Shown here in pieces: positions 7,960-17,682 of a stretch of DNA of 64,000 nucleotides (position 1 is its first letter; each line of letters starts with the position of its first letter). Source of the DNA: a bacterium (GTDB lineage Bacteria > Cyanobacteriota > Sericytochromatia > S15B-MN24 > UBA4093). The position numbers were made by a program, and so were the translations under genes. Under the pieces are notes generated by a model. That model did not search any database. It was not told where the DNA came from and saw only the letters and a program-made list of their open reading frames with translations. The stretch is from positions 771,694 through 835,693 of the forward strand of contig JAGIBK010000001.1 of the NCBI GenBank assembly GCA_017744355.1, read 5' to 3'.

Positions 7960-10059
7960 TCACTTGGTCGCGTGATAGATGACTCGGCTTGGTTCACCCT
8001 GTGCAACTTGAGCGCTATTCAAGTCTGACCAGCGTTCGCCCAGAACATGCTGGGCAATGGTGGGTGGCAGGGCGGCCGAAAACTTCAACTCATCAATCGC
8101 CTTCTCCGGTACATTTGGCGTGAGGCTATCCGGAGAAAGGTTCGATAGGGCCGCCCGAACGGCTTCTGGATCCGCGTCTCGAAAGGAAATCGAATAGTTG
8201 TCCAAGCTCCGAACCGGCAGCCCTTGGGCCTCTAATCCATTTGCAAGCATGCGATTGGCGAGCATGCCCGCAAAGGTCCACCACCGAACGCGGCCCCGAA
8301 CATCCCGAACGATCGCCGTCTCGCCCTCTCGGCACCAATCATGGTCGCTCTGGACCTTGGCGAAGAGCTCCCGAGCCCGATTCGATAGCCACTCCTCCAC
8401 GTGATCACCCGCCAAGACGGCACGAATCGAGCGGCAAAGGGGGGCATGTAGCGCGAGCGAGGATCCCTCCCAGCGCGATTTACCGCCCTCCTTTGTCGGC
8501 TCCACCCACGCAATCCGGGCATTCCAGTCGATCTCGAGAATGACCCAGCTCCGGCCCCCCAACAACAGCGTCGGCGGGCGTCCTTCGCGCTCTTGGAATG
8601 ACGAGGGATGGACCTGCCCCAGTTCTGTGCGCCCATGCCGGATCACGAACAGCGGGGGGGCCGTGAAAGCTGAGACCAAGTCCATGAAGTGCTGCCGACC
8701 GAACAGTTGCTCGCCACGCTTGCCGAACCCAAGCAGCCCCTCATCCTCGAACAGGACTTCGGACTCGATCATGAACCCGAGAATCGTGGCGACGGCCTCT
8801 GGTGGCATCGCATGAAAGGCCGACATACAGTGCAGCCAGTCGTGCCACTCTGAGCGCGCAAGACCGCCCTCCTGCAGCACCAGCGCCATCACCTGTTGAG
8901 CGAAGAGGTGCCACGGATGAAGCGGTGAAACGGCAGGTTCAACGAAGCCTTGCTGCCAGAGCCGCAGGAGCCCTGCTGCGCGTAAGACCGCGTCGGGGTC
9001 CGTTGCGAGAAAGAGGCAGTTGCGCCGCGAACCGGCTCGCCTCCCGGTTCGCCCCATGCGCTGCAGGAAGGAGGAGACGGTTCGCGGCGCATCGATCTGA
9101 ATGACGCGGTCGAGGTCTCCCACATCCAGCCCCAGCTCCAGGGTGCTGGTCGCGACGATCACACAGTTCGTTCCTGCCGCGAAGGCGGCCTCCGCCCGTC
9201 GCCTCTCATCAAGCCCCAAGGATCCGTGTGAGACGTAGGTCTCCACTTCCAGCTGGCGCAATGAGGCGGCCAGGAGCTCGACGCGGGCCCGGCTGTCACA
9301 AAACACCAGACGCTTCTCGCCATGGTGCATGCGGCTGATGACCAGCGCCGCGTTCTCCAACGATCCCACGTAGTCGATGACGACCTCCGGGGCCTGTGAA
9401 GAGACTCCTTCCACCTTCACCACCTGTGCAGCCGGACGCTCGGCCCCAACCAGCCAGGTCGCCAGTTCCTCGGGATTGCCGACGGTGGCTGACAACCCCA
9501 CCCGCTGCAAGTCACGTCCCGCCAGTCGTCCGAGTCGCTCGAGCACCGCCATAAGATGCCAGCCACGATCGTCTCCAGCGAAGGCATGCAACTCATCGAT
9601 GATGATGGCCCGGAGCCCCCCGAAAAGCACCTCATGGTCACAACGGGTGGAAATGAGCATGGCTTCGAGCGACTCGGGGGTCGTCAGGAGGATGTCCGGC
9701 GGATCCTTGAGAATGCGCCGACGTTGGCTGTCGGAAATGTCGCCATGCCAGAGGGCTGCACGGCGCCCCAAGAGCGAGCAGTATTGCTGGATGCGTGGTT
9801 CGAGGTTGTTGAGCAGCGCCTTGATCGGACACACGTAGAGCACCGACAGGTGATGCCACTCCTCGCTGAGCATCTTCGAGAGGATGGGTATGACGGCTGC
9901 CTCGGTTTTTCCGCCCGCCGTCGGAGCGAGCAAGAGGATGGACCGTCCGTCCATGATTGGAGGAATCGAAGCCTCCTGAATGGGGCGCAGGCTCGCCCAA
10001 CCGAGCGAGTTGACCACGTGGTACTGGACGGCTGCGTGTAGACGGTCGAAGGGACTCAA
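7960..10059 (-). CDS. brxHI: BREX type 2 Lhr-like DEAD/DEAH helicase BrxHI
   Basis: Walker A LLLAPTAGGKTEAA and a DELH box. About 700 aa Lhr-like architecture. It is the last gene of the pglWXYZ-brxD cluster and overlaps brxD by 4 bp. Confidence 0.8.
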   Translation of the reverse strand: MSPFDRLHAAVQYHVVNSLGWASLRPIQEASIPPIMDGRSILLLAPTAGGKTEAAVIPILSKMLSEEWHHLSVLYVCPIKALLNNLEPRIQQYCSLLGRRAALWHGDISDSQRRRILKDPPDILLTTPESLEAMLISTRCDHEVLFGGLRAIIIDELHAFAGDDRGWHLMAVLERLGRLAGRDLQRVGLSATVGNPEELATWLVGAERPAAQVVKVEGVSSQAPEVVIDYVGSLENAALVISRMHHGEKRLVFCDSRARVELLAASLRQLEVETYVSHGSLGLDERRRAEAAFAAGTNCVIVATSTLELGLDVGDLDRVIQIDAPRTVSSFLQRMGRTGRRAGSRRNCLFLATDPDAVLRAAGLLRLWQQGFVEPAVSPLHPWHLFAQQVMALVLQEGGLARSEWHDWLHCMSAFHAMPPEAVATILGFMIESEVLFEDEGLLGFGKRGEQLFGRQHFMDLVSAFTAPPLFVIRHGRTELGQVHPSSFQEREGRPPTLLLGGRSWVILEIDWNARIAWVEPTKEGGKSRWEGSSLALHAPLCRSIRAVLAGDHVEEWLSNRARELFAKVQSDHDWCREGETAIVRDVRGRVRWWTFAGMLANRMLANGLEAQGLPVRSLDNYSISFRDADPEAVRAALSNLSPDSLTPNVPEKAIDELKFSAALPPTIAQHVLGERWSDLNSAQVAQGEPSRVIYHATK

Positions 10060-11393
10060 ATCTCTAGCTCGAGCTCGATGGCATTGACGCTGCCCCCCTC
10101 CGTCGCCGCGCGCTCGACACGCGAGAGCTCGGAGTCGGAGAGGTTGAGGCGATAGTCGCGACGGGGATCGAAGTCAGGGAAGAGGTCCACGCGGTCCAGG
10201 ACCTCGCCGACGAGCTTCTTGAGGAAGATTCGTGGCGCGACCCCCACCTTTCCCCCCAACTTCCCCGTCACCGATGCAGCGAGATCTGCGACATAGTCGT
10301 CTCCGACCAGGGTCTGGACCCGATCGGCGTGCGCCGAGTTCTGGGCGAACAGGTCGCGGACCCGCCGTCCGACCTGCTGCAGCCGGGCCATATCGAAAGC
10401 CGGGAGGCGTATCTGGACGGCTCGGGGGTTGTCCCAGCGCGCATCATCCAGGAACTCGACGTGAAGGCGCTGGGCGAGGGGCGCGAGACGCTGGACCCCC
10501 TGGGGGCCATCGTAGAAGGCGGGCGTCCCCGTGATGAGCAGGTACAGGCCAGGGAAGCGCCCCGCCTCGATCTCGTCCATGAGCTGTCGAAGGGCATTGA
10601 GGCTCTTCTCGCGAACATCCGACCGGACGCGCTGCAAGGTCTCGATCTCGTCGAGGACAAGCACGAGCCCCCCATGCCCCGAGTCTCGCAGGACGACCAG
10701 CAGCCCCTGCAAGAAGCTCAAGGCCGCGAAGTGGTCGAGATCCCCCTTGATGCCCGCTTGTCGCTTGACGCTCGCCGCAACGTTGGGTTGCCCTCCAAGC
10801 CATGCGATGAGGCCTTCGGCCGTCTCATTGTCGCCGGAGGCCACGGCTTCGCGGTACGCTCGCAGGCAGGCGGAAAATGCCGGCGCCGATCGGCTCACCT
10901 CCACGAGGCGCTTTTCCATGAGCGCATGGGTGGCGGCGAGCAGGCGCTTCTCGTCATCATCGGAAACTTCCCCGCTGGCGAGCACCGCCTCCTCCAGCGT
11001 GTAGAACCAGCCGTCGATGATCGATCGCAGCGCCCCCTGGCGACAGTCCGCCGTGCTTAGATGTTCGATGAGTCGCCGGTAGATCGTCTCCAGGCGATGC
11101 AACGGCGTCTCCTGCTCGGAGATTTGGACCTCGGCGGCCGCGAAGCCCTCTCGCTTGGCATATTCCTGGAACCATCGGGCGAAGAACGTCTTCCCACAGC
11201 CGTAATCACCGCGGAGCGCCTTGAAGAGGCCCCGTCCCGAGCGCAAGACTCCGAGCTCTTCCGTGAGGACCGGAACGAATCGTTCGAGGCCATTAGCCAG
11301 CGCATCGAGCCCCGTGGCCGGCACGGTGCCGCGTCGCAGGGCATCGAGGAGTTCGCCCCGACGTTGGGGGCTAAGATCGAGGTCGTAGGTCAT
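10056..11393 (-). CDS. brxD: BREX ATPase BrxD (DUF2791 family)
   Basis: GDYGCGKTF P-loop. The 445-aa size and the position between pglZ and brxHI are typical of type 2 BREX. Confidence 0.8.
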   Translation of the reverse strand: MTYDLDLSPQRRGELLDALRRGTVPATGLDALANGLERFVPVLTEELGVLRSGRGLFKALRGDYGCGKTFFARWFQEYAKREGFAAAEVQISEQETPLHRLETIYRRLIEHLSTADCRQGALRSIIDGWFYTLEEAVLASGEVSDDDEKRLLAATHALMEKRLVEVSRSAPAFSACLRAYREAVASGDNETAEGLIAWLGGQPNVAASVKRQAGIKGDLDHFAALSFLQGLLVVLRDSGHGGLVLVLDEIETLQRVRSDVREKSLNALRQLMDEIEAGRFPGLYLLITGTPAFYDGPQGVQRLAPLAQRLHVEFLDDARWDNPRAVQIRLPAFDMARLQQVGRRVRDLFAQNSAHADRVQTLVGDDYVADLAASVTGKLGGKVGVAPRIFLKKLVGEVLDRVDLFPDFDPRRDYRLNLSDSELSRVERAATEGGSVNAIELELEI

Positions 11394-14038
11394 GGCAGCT
11401 GAAATTGCTTCTTGAGCAAGGGGAGATCCAAGGTGACGATTTGAGCCGCCTCATCCAGGTCGAGGATGCGGAACCCCTCTACGTTGACGAGCTTCATGGC
11501 GGCGGTCAGGCATCCCCGCAGGCGCAGTTCGGAGAGTGCCAAGGCCTGTCCGAGCTGCGAGCGAGGCATCGCGAAGTTGGCCTTGTCTAAGGCGGCCAGC
11601 AGTTTCCGCATGCCATCCTCCGCAAGGCCCGCCTTGCCGGCGCGTGCCTTTTGATGCGCGTAAACGCTCGACTGGAGCAAGGCTTCCACCCAACTCACGG
11701 AGTCTAGTGGCGCAGCAAACGGTGCGAACAGGGGCAAGGCGGTCGGATCCAGGACCGCTTTCTTGGCGGGTTTGGCTGCGGGAACAGCCGGAACGACAGG
11801 CTCCCACTCGGACCACCAAGAAGGGCGCACATCGGAAGGGAGCGGCTTGAACGCCAACGCCTCCTCGCTTACAAGCACTCCCGCTCCGAACACGCCGACG
11901 GGCACAAGCATCTCCTGCGGTGTTGCACCGCCGTGGTAACCGTTCTTCTTGGCCGCGTACCTAACACCTTCGCTCCAGGGCGCAAGCATGTCTGGTCGGC
12001 CGAGAAGGGCCTGGATCCGTGGCCCCCGGACCTCAAGCTCACCGTCAGCGGGAGCCACGCCTCCCGACTTCCAGCGTTCGGCACCATCTCCCGGCAGCAA
12101 GGCCGTACCGTCCTCAAGGATGTGGCCATGGTCGCTCGTCAACACGACGATCCGGCCTGCCTGCCGGGCTTCATGCAAGAGAGCATCAAGGTCCCGGAAC
12201 TGGTCGAGTCGCCAGCGCAAGCGAACCTGATCCGACTTTGCGAGGTGGTCATCCACGGCGTTGAGCACCACGCCCACCACCCGGCGCCGTCGATCCGAAA
12301 TAGCTGCCCTAAGATCCGGGGCCAGGCCAAACTCGGCGGAGTCCTGGATCTGCGCCTTGTGAAAGAGCAATGGGGGTGCCGAGGGGGCCAGGCGAACTAG
12401 GTCGGGATGCGTCTCGAAGGCGCTCTTTTCGTCGGCGCTCTTGCCAAGCTTGAGGCTTCCTGAGAGCAAGCTCGAACGCCCGCACTCGGTCACGCTGGGC
12501 AAGGTGGTCAAGAGCATGGGAAAGCGTCTTCCCTGCGGGTCTCCGAGCTCGCACCAGCCGGCGCGCTCCACGGACTCCTGGACAGGGCGGAAAACGGCCA
12601 TGCTCATGCCGTCGAGCACCACCACGAGCAAGGGCGCCTGCTCAGCGAGGGGCGCCATGAGGCCGGTAAGGGCTTGCTCAATGGGCATCAGGTCCGGGCT
12701 CGCTGTCGGCGCGAGGTTCCAATCTGCAAGCAGGCACGCGAACTCCCGATTCTGGGCTTCGCGCCGCGACTTGACGGCTTTAAGCAGGACCGAGATCGCC
12801 TTCGAGACGCCCGCATGCTCATCGCCACCGATGAGCTGCGAGCGCGCCCAGTCGACGAAGCTCTCTTCCGACCGGTAGCGCGAGGCGGCCTGGGAAAGCG
12901 AGGCGCTCGCCGCAACGCTCGGGTTGCGCTCCACGTAGCGTGCGAGCCGAACGGCCATCTTGAGGCGCTCAAGGCGCTCGGCATGAAGCCGCGCATCCCG
13001 ATGGGCCTCGACTTCCTGCAAGAGAGATGCCACGTCCGATGCCGGCGACTTGCCTGTGGCGGCTGCCTCGAGGCGATCGGCGAAGAGGCCGAGGCGCGCG
13101 TGGAAGCCCATGGACAGCACGGAGCTCAAGCTAGCGAAGCCTTCCGCCTTGAGGTCAGCAAGCAGCCACTCCGCGTGCTGCAGCGTCGTGCGTGCCTGCG
13201 TCTCGGACAAGTCGTCCAGGAGCCCGATGGCTGCAACTGCCCACTGTTTTGCCATCTCCGGGGTCAAGGCGGCATCCCCGATCTGGGATTCCAGGCGGCC
13301 CTGTGCACGGATACCATCCGGTTCGGCCATCGCCTGCGAAGCGAAGAGGACCTCGCAGACGCACCCAATGGCGATGAGTTTGTCGCGGCTGGCGCCTTCT
13401 AGCGCTGCGCCCAGAACGTTCCCGAGCGGGCCGGCGGTCTCGGCAAAGCGTGAGCGGATAGCCGCTCTCACCTCTGGCTCGAGAGCGCCATATCGCGCCA
13501 TCGCGAGCGGATCGAGGCTCCACGCGAGAACCATAGCGGCGTCCGGCCGCCCCGTCGATAGTCCCAGTTCCAGCTTCAGCACCTGATCCCAGGCTGAATC
13601 CAGGCTCAAGATGCCGGCCGGAGACGGCGGATAGCCGCCGAGCGGCTCGAGGCGCAAGAGGCATTCAGCCATCCACGTGTGCTTGATCAGGCGCGGGTCC
13701 AGTTGCTTGGCCCGGAAGCGATCTTGCACCAGCTCCCACGGCTTGAGCCTTACGAGCTCGCGGCGAGGGAACCGGACCAGAATGTCTTGGGTGAGGTCGG
13801 CCTCGGTCAAGCGGGTAAGGACGGCCATTGGTGATGCCTCTGGACGCTCAGATAGGGCAACCGACACGGCCAGCGGTGTTTCGCAGACGGCTACCGTCCA
13901 GGTCTCGTTTCCGACCCGGAGCTCCGAAGCCCCTTGCCAGCCGTCCGGCGCATGGACCCCGATGACGGAGGCATCCGCTCGCTTGGCGCGAAGCGAGGCA
14001 ATGAGGGCCGAGAGCTGGGGACCCGAAAGCGCGCTCAC
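11390..14038 (-). CDS. pglZ: BREX alkaline-phosphatase-superfamily protein PglZ
   Basis: 882 aa. The C-terminal PglZ domain has the LTSDHGH metal-binding motif. Conserved order after pglY. Confidence 0.85.
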   Translation of the reverse strand: MSALSGPQLSALIASLRAKRADASVIGVHAPDGWQGASELRVGNETWTVAVCETPLAVSVALSERPEASPMAVLTRLTEADLTQDILVRFPRRELVRLKPWELVQDRFRAKQLDPRLIKHTWMAECLLRLEPLGGYPPSPAGILSLDSAWDQVLKLELGLSTGRPDAAMVLAWSLDPLAMARYGALEPEVRAAIRSRFAETAGPLGNVLGAALEGASRDKLIAIGCVCEVLFASQAMAEPDGIRAQGRLESQIGDAALTPEMAKQWAVAAIGLLDDLSETQARTTLQHAEWLLADLKAEGFASLSSVLSMGFHARLGLFADRLEAAATGKSPASDVASLLQEVEAHRDARLHAERLERLKMAVRLARYVERNPSVAASASLSQAASRYRSEESFVDWARSQLIGGDEHAGVSKAISVLLKAVKSRREAQNREFACLLADWNLAPTASPDLMPIEQALTGLMAPLAEQAPLLVVVLDGMSMAVFRPVQESVERAGWCELGDPQGRRFPMLLTTLPSVTECGRSSLLSGSLKLGKSADEKSAFETHPDLVRLAPSAPPLLFHKAQIQDSAEFGLAPDLRAAISDRRRRVVGVVLNAVDDHLAKSDQVRLRWRLDQFRDLDALLHEARQAGRIVVLTSDHGHILEDGTALLPGDGAERWKSGGVAPADGELEVRGPRIQALLGRPDMLAPWSEGVRYAAKKNGYHGGATPQEMLVPVGVFGAGVLVSEEALAFKPLPSDVRPSWWSEWEPVVPAVPAAKPAKKAVLDPTALPLFAPFAAPLDSVSWVEALLQSSVYAHQKARAGKAGLAEDGMRKLLAALDKANFAMPRSQLGQALALSELRLRGCLTAAMKLVNVEGFRILDLDEAAQIVTLDLPLLKKQFQLP

Positions 14039-17000
14039 TTAGCCTCCACCATCTGGTAAACGGCCCAGGTGATGTCGATCTCGGTCTCGGGGGGAGCCGA
14101 CTTCAGCTGGTTTACGAGGTCCATGAGCAGCGTGGCAGCCTCGGCGGCTGGCATGGCGACCTTCTCTTGTCGGGGCTGGACCACTTGGCGCTTCTTGCCC
14201 TTCGGCAGGGGAGGCGCGGGAGGCGGGGGCGGGGGGATCAGCTCCTTGAGGATGCGGTGGGTAAGACGCTCAGCCTCCTTGAGCTTGTCCGAGAGCTTGT
14301 GGACATGCTCGTCACAGCGCAACGCCTCGTTGATGAGATCGAAGACGGGCTTCGCCTTTTCCTCGGGAACGTTGGTCAGGAGCTCGAAGGTGCTCCATGG
14401 CCCCCCCTCGAGGGTTCGGTGCAGCGCCTCGGCCTTGGCCATCGCGACGGCTAGAGCCGCCTCGGGGACGTTGAGCGGAGTCTTGGCGAAGGTCTCGACC
14501 ACCGCGTCCTTGCCGGCCGTGCTCAGAGCGCTCAACAGGCCGTGGGCGGCCTGGGCCGTTTGGTGACGTGCCGAGTCGGAAGGCTGAAGCCGTCGCTCTG
14601 CAAGACGGGTCTGGAGCTCCTTGAGGTAGAGGCTCACAGGCATCTGGAGAGCTTGAGGCTTGGCCTTGAGCTCCTCGATGAGCTTGGCGACGTTGGTGGC
14701 GCTGGGCAAGGACGACACCGTCGAGCCGAACAAGTTGGCTGCACGGCTGGCTGCCACACGCCAGGTCTCCTCGTCGGGTAGCGCCTGCTCGCGCAGCTCG
14801 TAGGCATTCTGGAGGTCTTCCATGGAGGGCGTCACGGTGACGCCGTTCATGTGGAAGATCCGGTTGGTCTGGGCAGCGAAGACCAGGATCGAGAGGTTTT
14901 GCAGCTCAGTGCTTAAGCCGCGCGGTTGCGGCTCATCGAGCCACTCCCTCAGCTGTCGAACCGACGGAGCCGCAATGCCCTTTTCGGAACACTTTCGGGT
15001 GAAGAAGCTCTTCCATTCGTCGCCCAGAACGAAGTGAGTCTCGCCCATGGCCCCGAGCTTGAGGGGAACGGCTATCTTGCGCATCTCATCCCGGACAGTG
15101 CGATCGACCTCGATGCGGCCGTCCTTCTCCTGGGTGGCCTTCAGTACGACTTCCAGGACCCTCTTGAGGCTGGGGCGCTTGATCTCCGTCTCGAAGCGGG
15201 GATGGTCGGGATAGTCATGATCGAGGGCCTGCTCGCACAGATGCTGAAGGCAGTCCTGGAAGCCGGACCCTACCGGCGGTTGGGGCTTGAAGCCCGGCAT
15301 CAGGGACCAGTAGTGCTCATCGAGCTCGAGCGCATGATCGATCCCGTTGGTCCGCATCTGAGCGATGCCATACCCTTCGAGCAAGCAGTTGATGATGCGC
15401 TGCCGCAGTTGCTGGCGCTGATTGTCGAGCAGGAGTCTTGCTTGTTCACGCTCAAGCTGGGTGAGGTTGGCGCTGTTCTCCTGTAGCTTGGTCCCCTGGA
15501 GCAGGTACTCAATCACGACCAGCTTGCCAAGGTCTTCCATGGCAGGCCGGTTGAAGAAGGATGGTAGCCACACGAGCGTGCGCGTAGCCTCGCCCGACTC
15601 CTGAACCTCCAGCACCTTGGCGCGATCGTCCTTCGGGCCATGGTCGTCCCGGTCGAAGGGGTAGTCGATGACCACCCGCCAGCCTTCCGACTGAGTCTTC
15701 AGAGCTTCGGCAGTCATTTCGCGGACGTTGGCGAACGTCAAATCGATCGTGCGCCGGGTGCCCCGCCAGAGGATCTCTTTGCGGTTGAAGAAGCCTTCTT
15801 GGGCCACTTCCTTGAACTGTTCGAAGAGCAACTCCTTGATCTTGGCGATGCGGTTGCTGGTGTTGTCCGCGCTCTTGGCGTTTTCGAGGATCGCATCGGT
15901 ATCGACCCCCGAGAGCTGGAGGGCGATGGTCGGGTTTGGCCCCTCGCCGGAGATCTTGATCTCACCGACCCTCGCCGCCCATGCCTGGAACTTGCGCAGG
16001 ACAATCTGAGCCTCCTGTCCTGCGATCGGAGACTTGATCGTGCCGTGGTTGAGCGCAGCGAGGCGCAGCGGGGTGAGGTTGCCGAGCACCTCGACGTCCG
16101 GAGCCAGGCTCGCCAGGATCAGGGTCTTGATCAAGCGGGCGTCGTTGGTGAAGCGCTTGGCGACGTCAGCTAGAGCGGTGCCATCGGCCACAGCCTCGGC
16201 GGTGACCTGATGCTCCTCCTCGAGCATGGGCTTGAGCTTCTGCTCGTAGAGCTTCACGGCCGTCTCGAAGGTTAGGCGCATCCCCTTGGAGAAGGGTTCA
16301 GCCCCCTCCTGGATGACGTCGAAGAGATCGCCCACGGGCACGACCTCGCCCACTTCGAGGGTATCACGCTTGTTGACCAAAAGCTGGATCATCAGCTTGA
16401 GCGCCGTGCGCTCGCGTTGCAGGACCGACGAGAGAGAGACTAATGCCCGGACCAGCGCGGGGCTGAAGGGGTAGAGCTTGCGGAAGTCGTCCTGGTTGCT
16501 ATTCCGGGTGAGCAGGGTGCTCATGATTTCTTCCCGAGCCTTGGCGGTCTTGGCGAAGGCCTCGTCCAGGATGCGTCGGGCCTCTTCGGACTTGGGCTTG
16601 AGGACGCGCTTCTCGGCGATGGCCGGGAGGTTACGGTCCTCAAGGGTAATCTCGTCGAAGCGGGCGTTCCACCACGTGAGGACGTCCGCGAAGCCGAGCT
16701 GCTCGGCGCCGGGCAGGTGCTCACCCACCAGCTCGCGCAGGTCCCGCTGGCGCGCGATGAAGCTGACGATGGGGATGGGGCGCTCCGAAGACTGGGCCTC
16801 CACCAGCTTCGCGACCTTCTGGCCCTCGCGATTGACGAAGTCGATGTCCGAGGCATGGCTCGCGAGCCACAGGATCAGCTCGTCGAGGAATAGAATGACC
16901 GCGTCGTAGCCCAAGGACTGCGCATGCTTGGACATGATGGAGAGGCCTTCGTCCAGGGAGACGAAGCCTCCGTCCGTGTGGCTCGCCAGGTCCTTAGCCT

Positions 17001-17670
17001 GCTGGAAGAAGGTGTCCACCAGCTTACCGACTAGGCGTGTCCGGTCGTCCGAGGTCGCCGGGGCGCTGAGGGCCGCATCGAAGGTCTCCGCATCCCATGA
17101 AGCCAGGCTGCCCCAGCCGGAGTCCTCATCCGATCCTAACGCGGCAAAGAAGGCCTCGTCGCCCATGCGCGCGCGCAGGGCCTGGGCGTCGCGGAAGAGC
17201 GCGTCGGCCAGGTAGAAGCCCGGGGTGGGGGCGTCGGGATGGACCTTGGCCACGTACTTGGCGTACTGGTCCAGGATGCCCGCCTCGAGGCTCCGTGCCC
17301 CGATCATGTGGTAGGGCACGACGAGGAATTTCCTGCCCTCGGTCCACGCATTGCTCTGGCTGACAACACCCGCTAGCTCAGGGACAGAGCGGGCAGTCGG
17401 ATTGTTCTGCAGTAGCAGGGTAAGGACCGCCATGAAGTGGCTCTTACCGCTACCAAAGCTTCCATGAAGGTATGCGCCCTTGCTGGTGTTGGCATCCAGC
17501 CCGCTCTTGACCAGGCTCATGGCCTGCTCGAAGCACTTGGCGAGCTGGGGTGTGACCACGTAGGACCCGAGGGTCGCCTCCGGGTGAACCACGCCGTCGG
17601 TGAGCTTGAGGACGAAGTCGCCCTGGTGGACGCGCTCGGGGATAGAGAAGATTTCGTTGATAGTCGTCAT
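14035..17670 (-). CDS. pglY: BREX large ATPase PglY/BrxC
   Basis: 1211 aa. N-terminal P-loop GSFGSGKSHFMAVL characteristic of BrxC/PglY (DUF499). Position between pglX and pglZ. Confidence 0.85.
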   Translation of the reverse strand: MTTINEIFSIPERVHQGDFVLKLTDGVVHPEATLGSYVVTPQLAKCFEQAMSLVKSGLDANTSKGAYLHGSFGSGKSHFMAVLTLLLQNNPTARSVPELAGVVSQSNAWTEGRKFLVVPYHMIGARSLEAGILDQYAKYVAKVHPDAPTPGFYLADALFRDAQALRARMGDEAFFAALGSDEDSGWGSLASWDAETFDAALSAPATSDDRTRLVGKLVDTFFQQAKDLASHTDGGFVSLDEGLSIMSKHAQSLGYDAVILFLDELILWLASHASDIDFVNREGQKVAKLVEAQSSERPIPIVSFIARQRDLRELVGEHLPGAEQLGFADVLTWWNARFDEITLEDRNLPAIAEKRVLKPKSEEARRILDEAFAKTAKAREEIMSTLLTRNSNQDDFRKLYPFSPALVRALVSLSSVLQRERTALKLMIQLLVNKRDTLEVGEVVPVGDLFDVIQEGAEPFSKGMRLTFETAVKLYEQKLKPMLEEEHQVTAEAVADGTALADVAKRFTNDARLIKTLILASLAPDVEVLGNLTPLRLAALNHGTIKSPIAGQEAQIVLRKFQAWAARVGEIKISGEGPNPTIALQLSGVDTDAILENAKSADNTSNRIAKIKELLFEQFKEVAQEGFFNRKEILWRGTRRTIDLTFANVREMTAEALKTQSEGWRVVIDYPFDRDDHGPKDDRAKVLEVQESGEATRTLVWLPSFFNRPAMEDLGKLVVIEYLLQGTKLQENSANLTQLEREQARLLLDNQRQQLRQRIINCLLEGYGIAQMRTNGIDHALELDEHYWSLMPGFKPQPPVGSGFQDCLQHLCEQALDHDYPDHPRFETEIKRPSLKRVLEVVLKATQEKDGRIEVDRTVRDEMRKIAVPLKLGAMGETHFVLGDEWKSFFTRKCSEKGIAAPSVRQLREWLDEPQPRGLSTELQNLSILVFAAQTNRIFHMNGVTVTPSMEDLQNAYELREQALPDEETWRVAASRAANLFGSTVSSLPSATNVAKLIEELKAKPQALQMPVSLYLKELQTRLAERRLQPSDSARHQTAQAAHGLLSALSTAGKDAVVETFAKTPLNVPEAALAVAMAKAEALHRTLEGGPWSTFELLTNVPEEKAKPVFDLINEALRCDEHVHKLSDKLKEAERLTHRILKELIPPPPPPAPPLPKGKKRQVVQPRQEKVAMPAAEAATLLMDLVNQLKSAPPETEIDITWAVYQMVEAK

Positions 17671-17682
17671 GTGAACGCCTCT

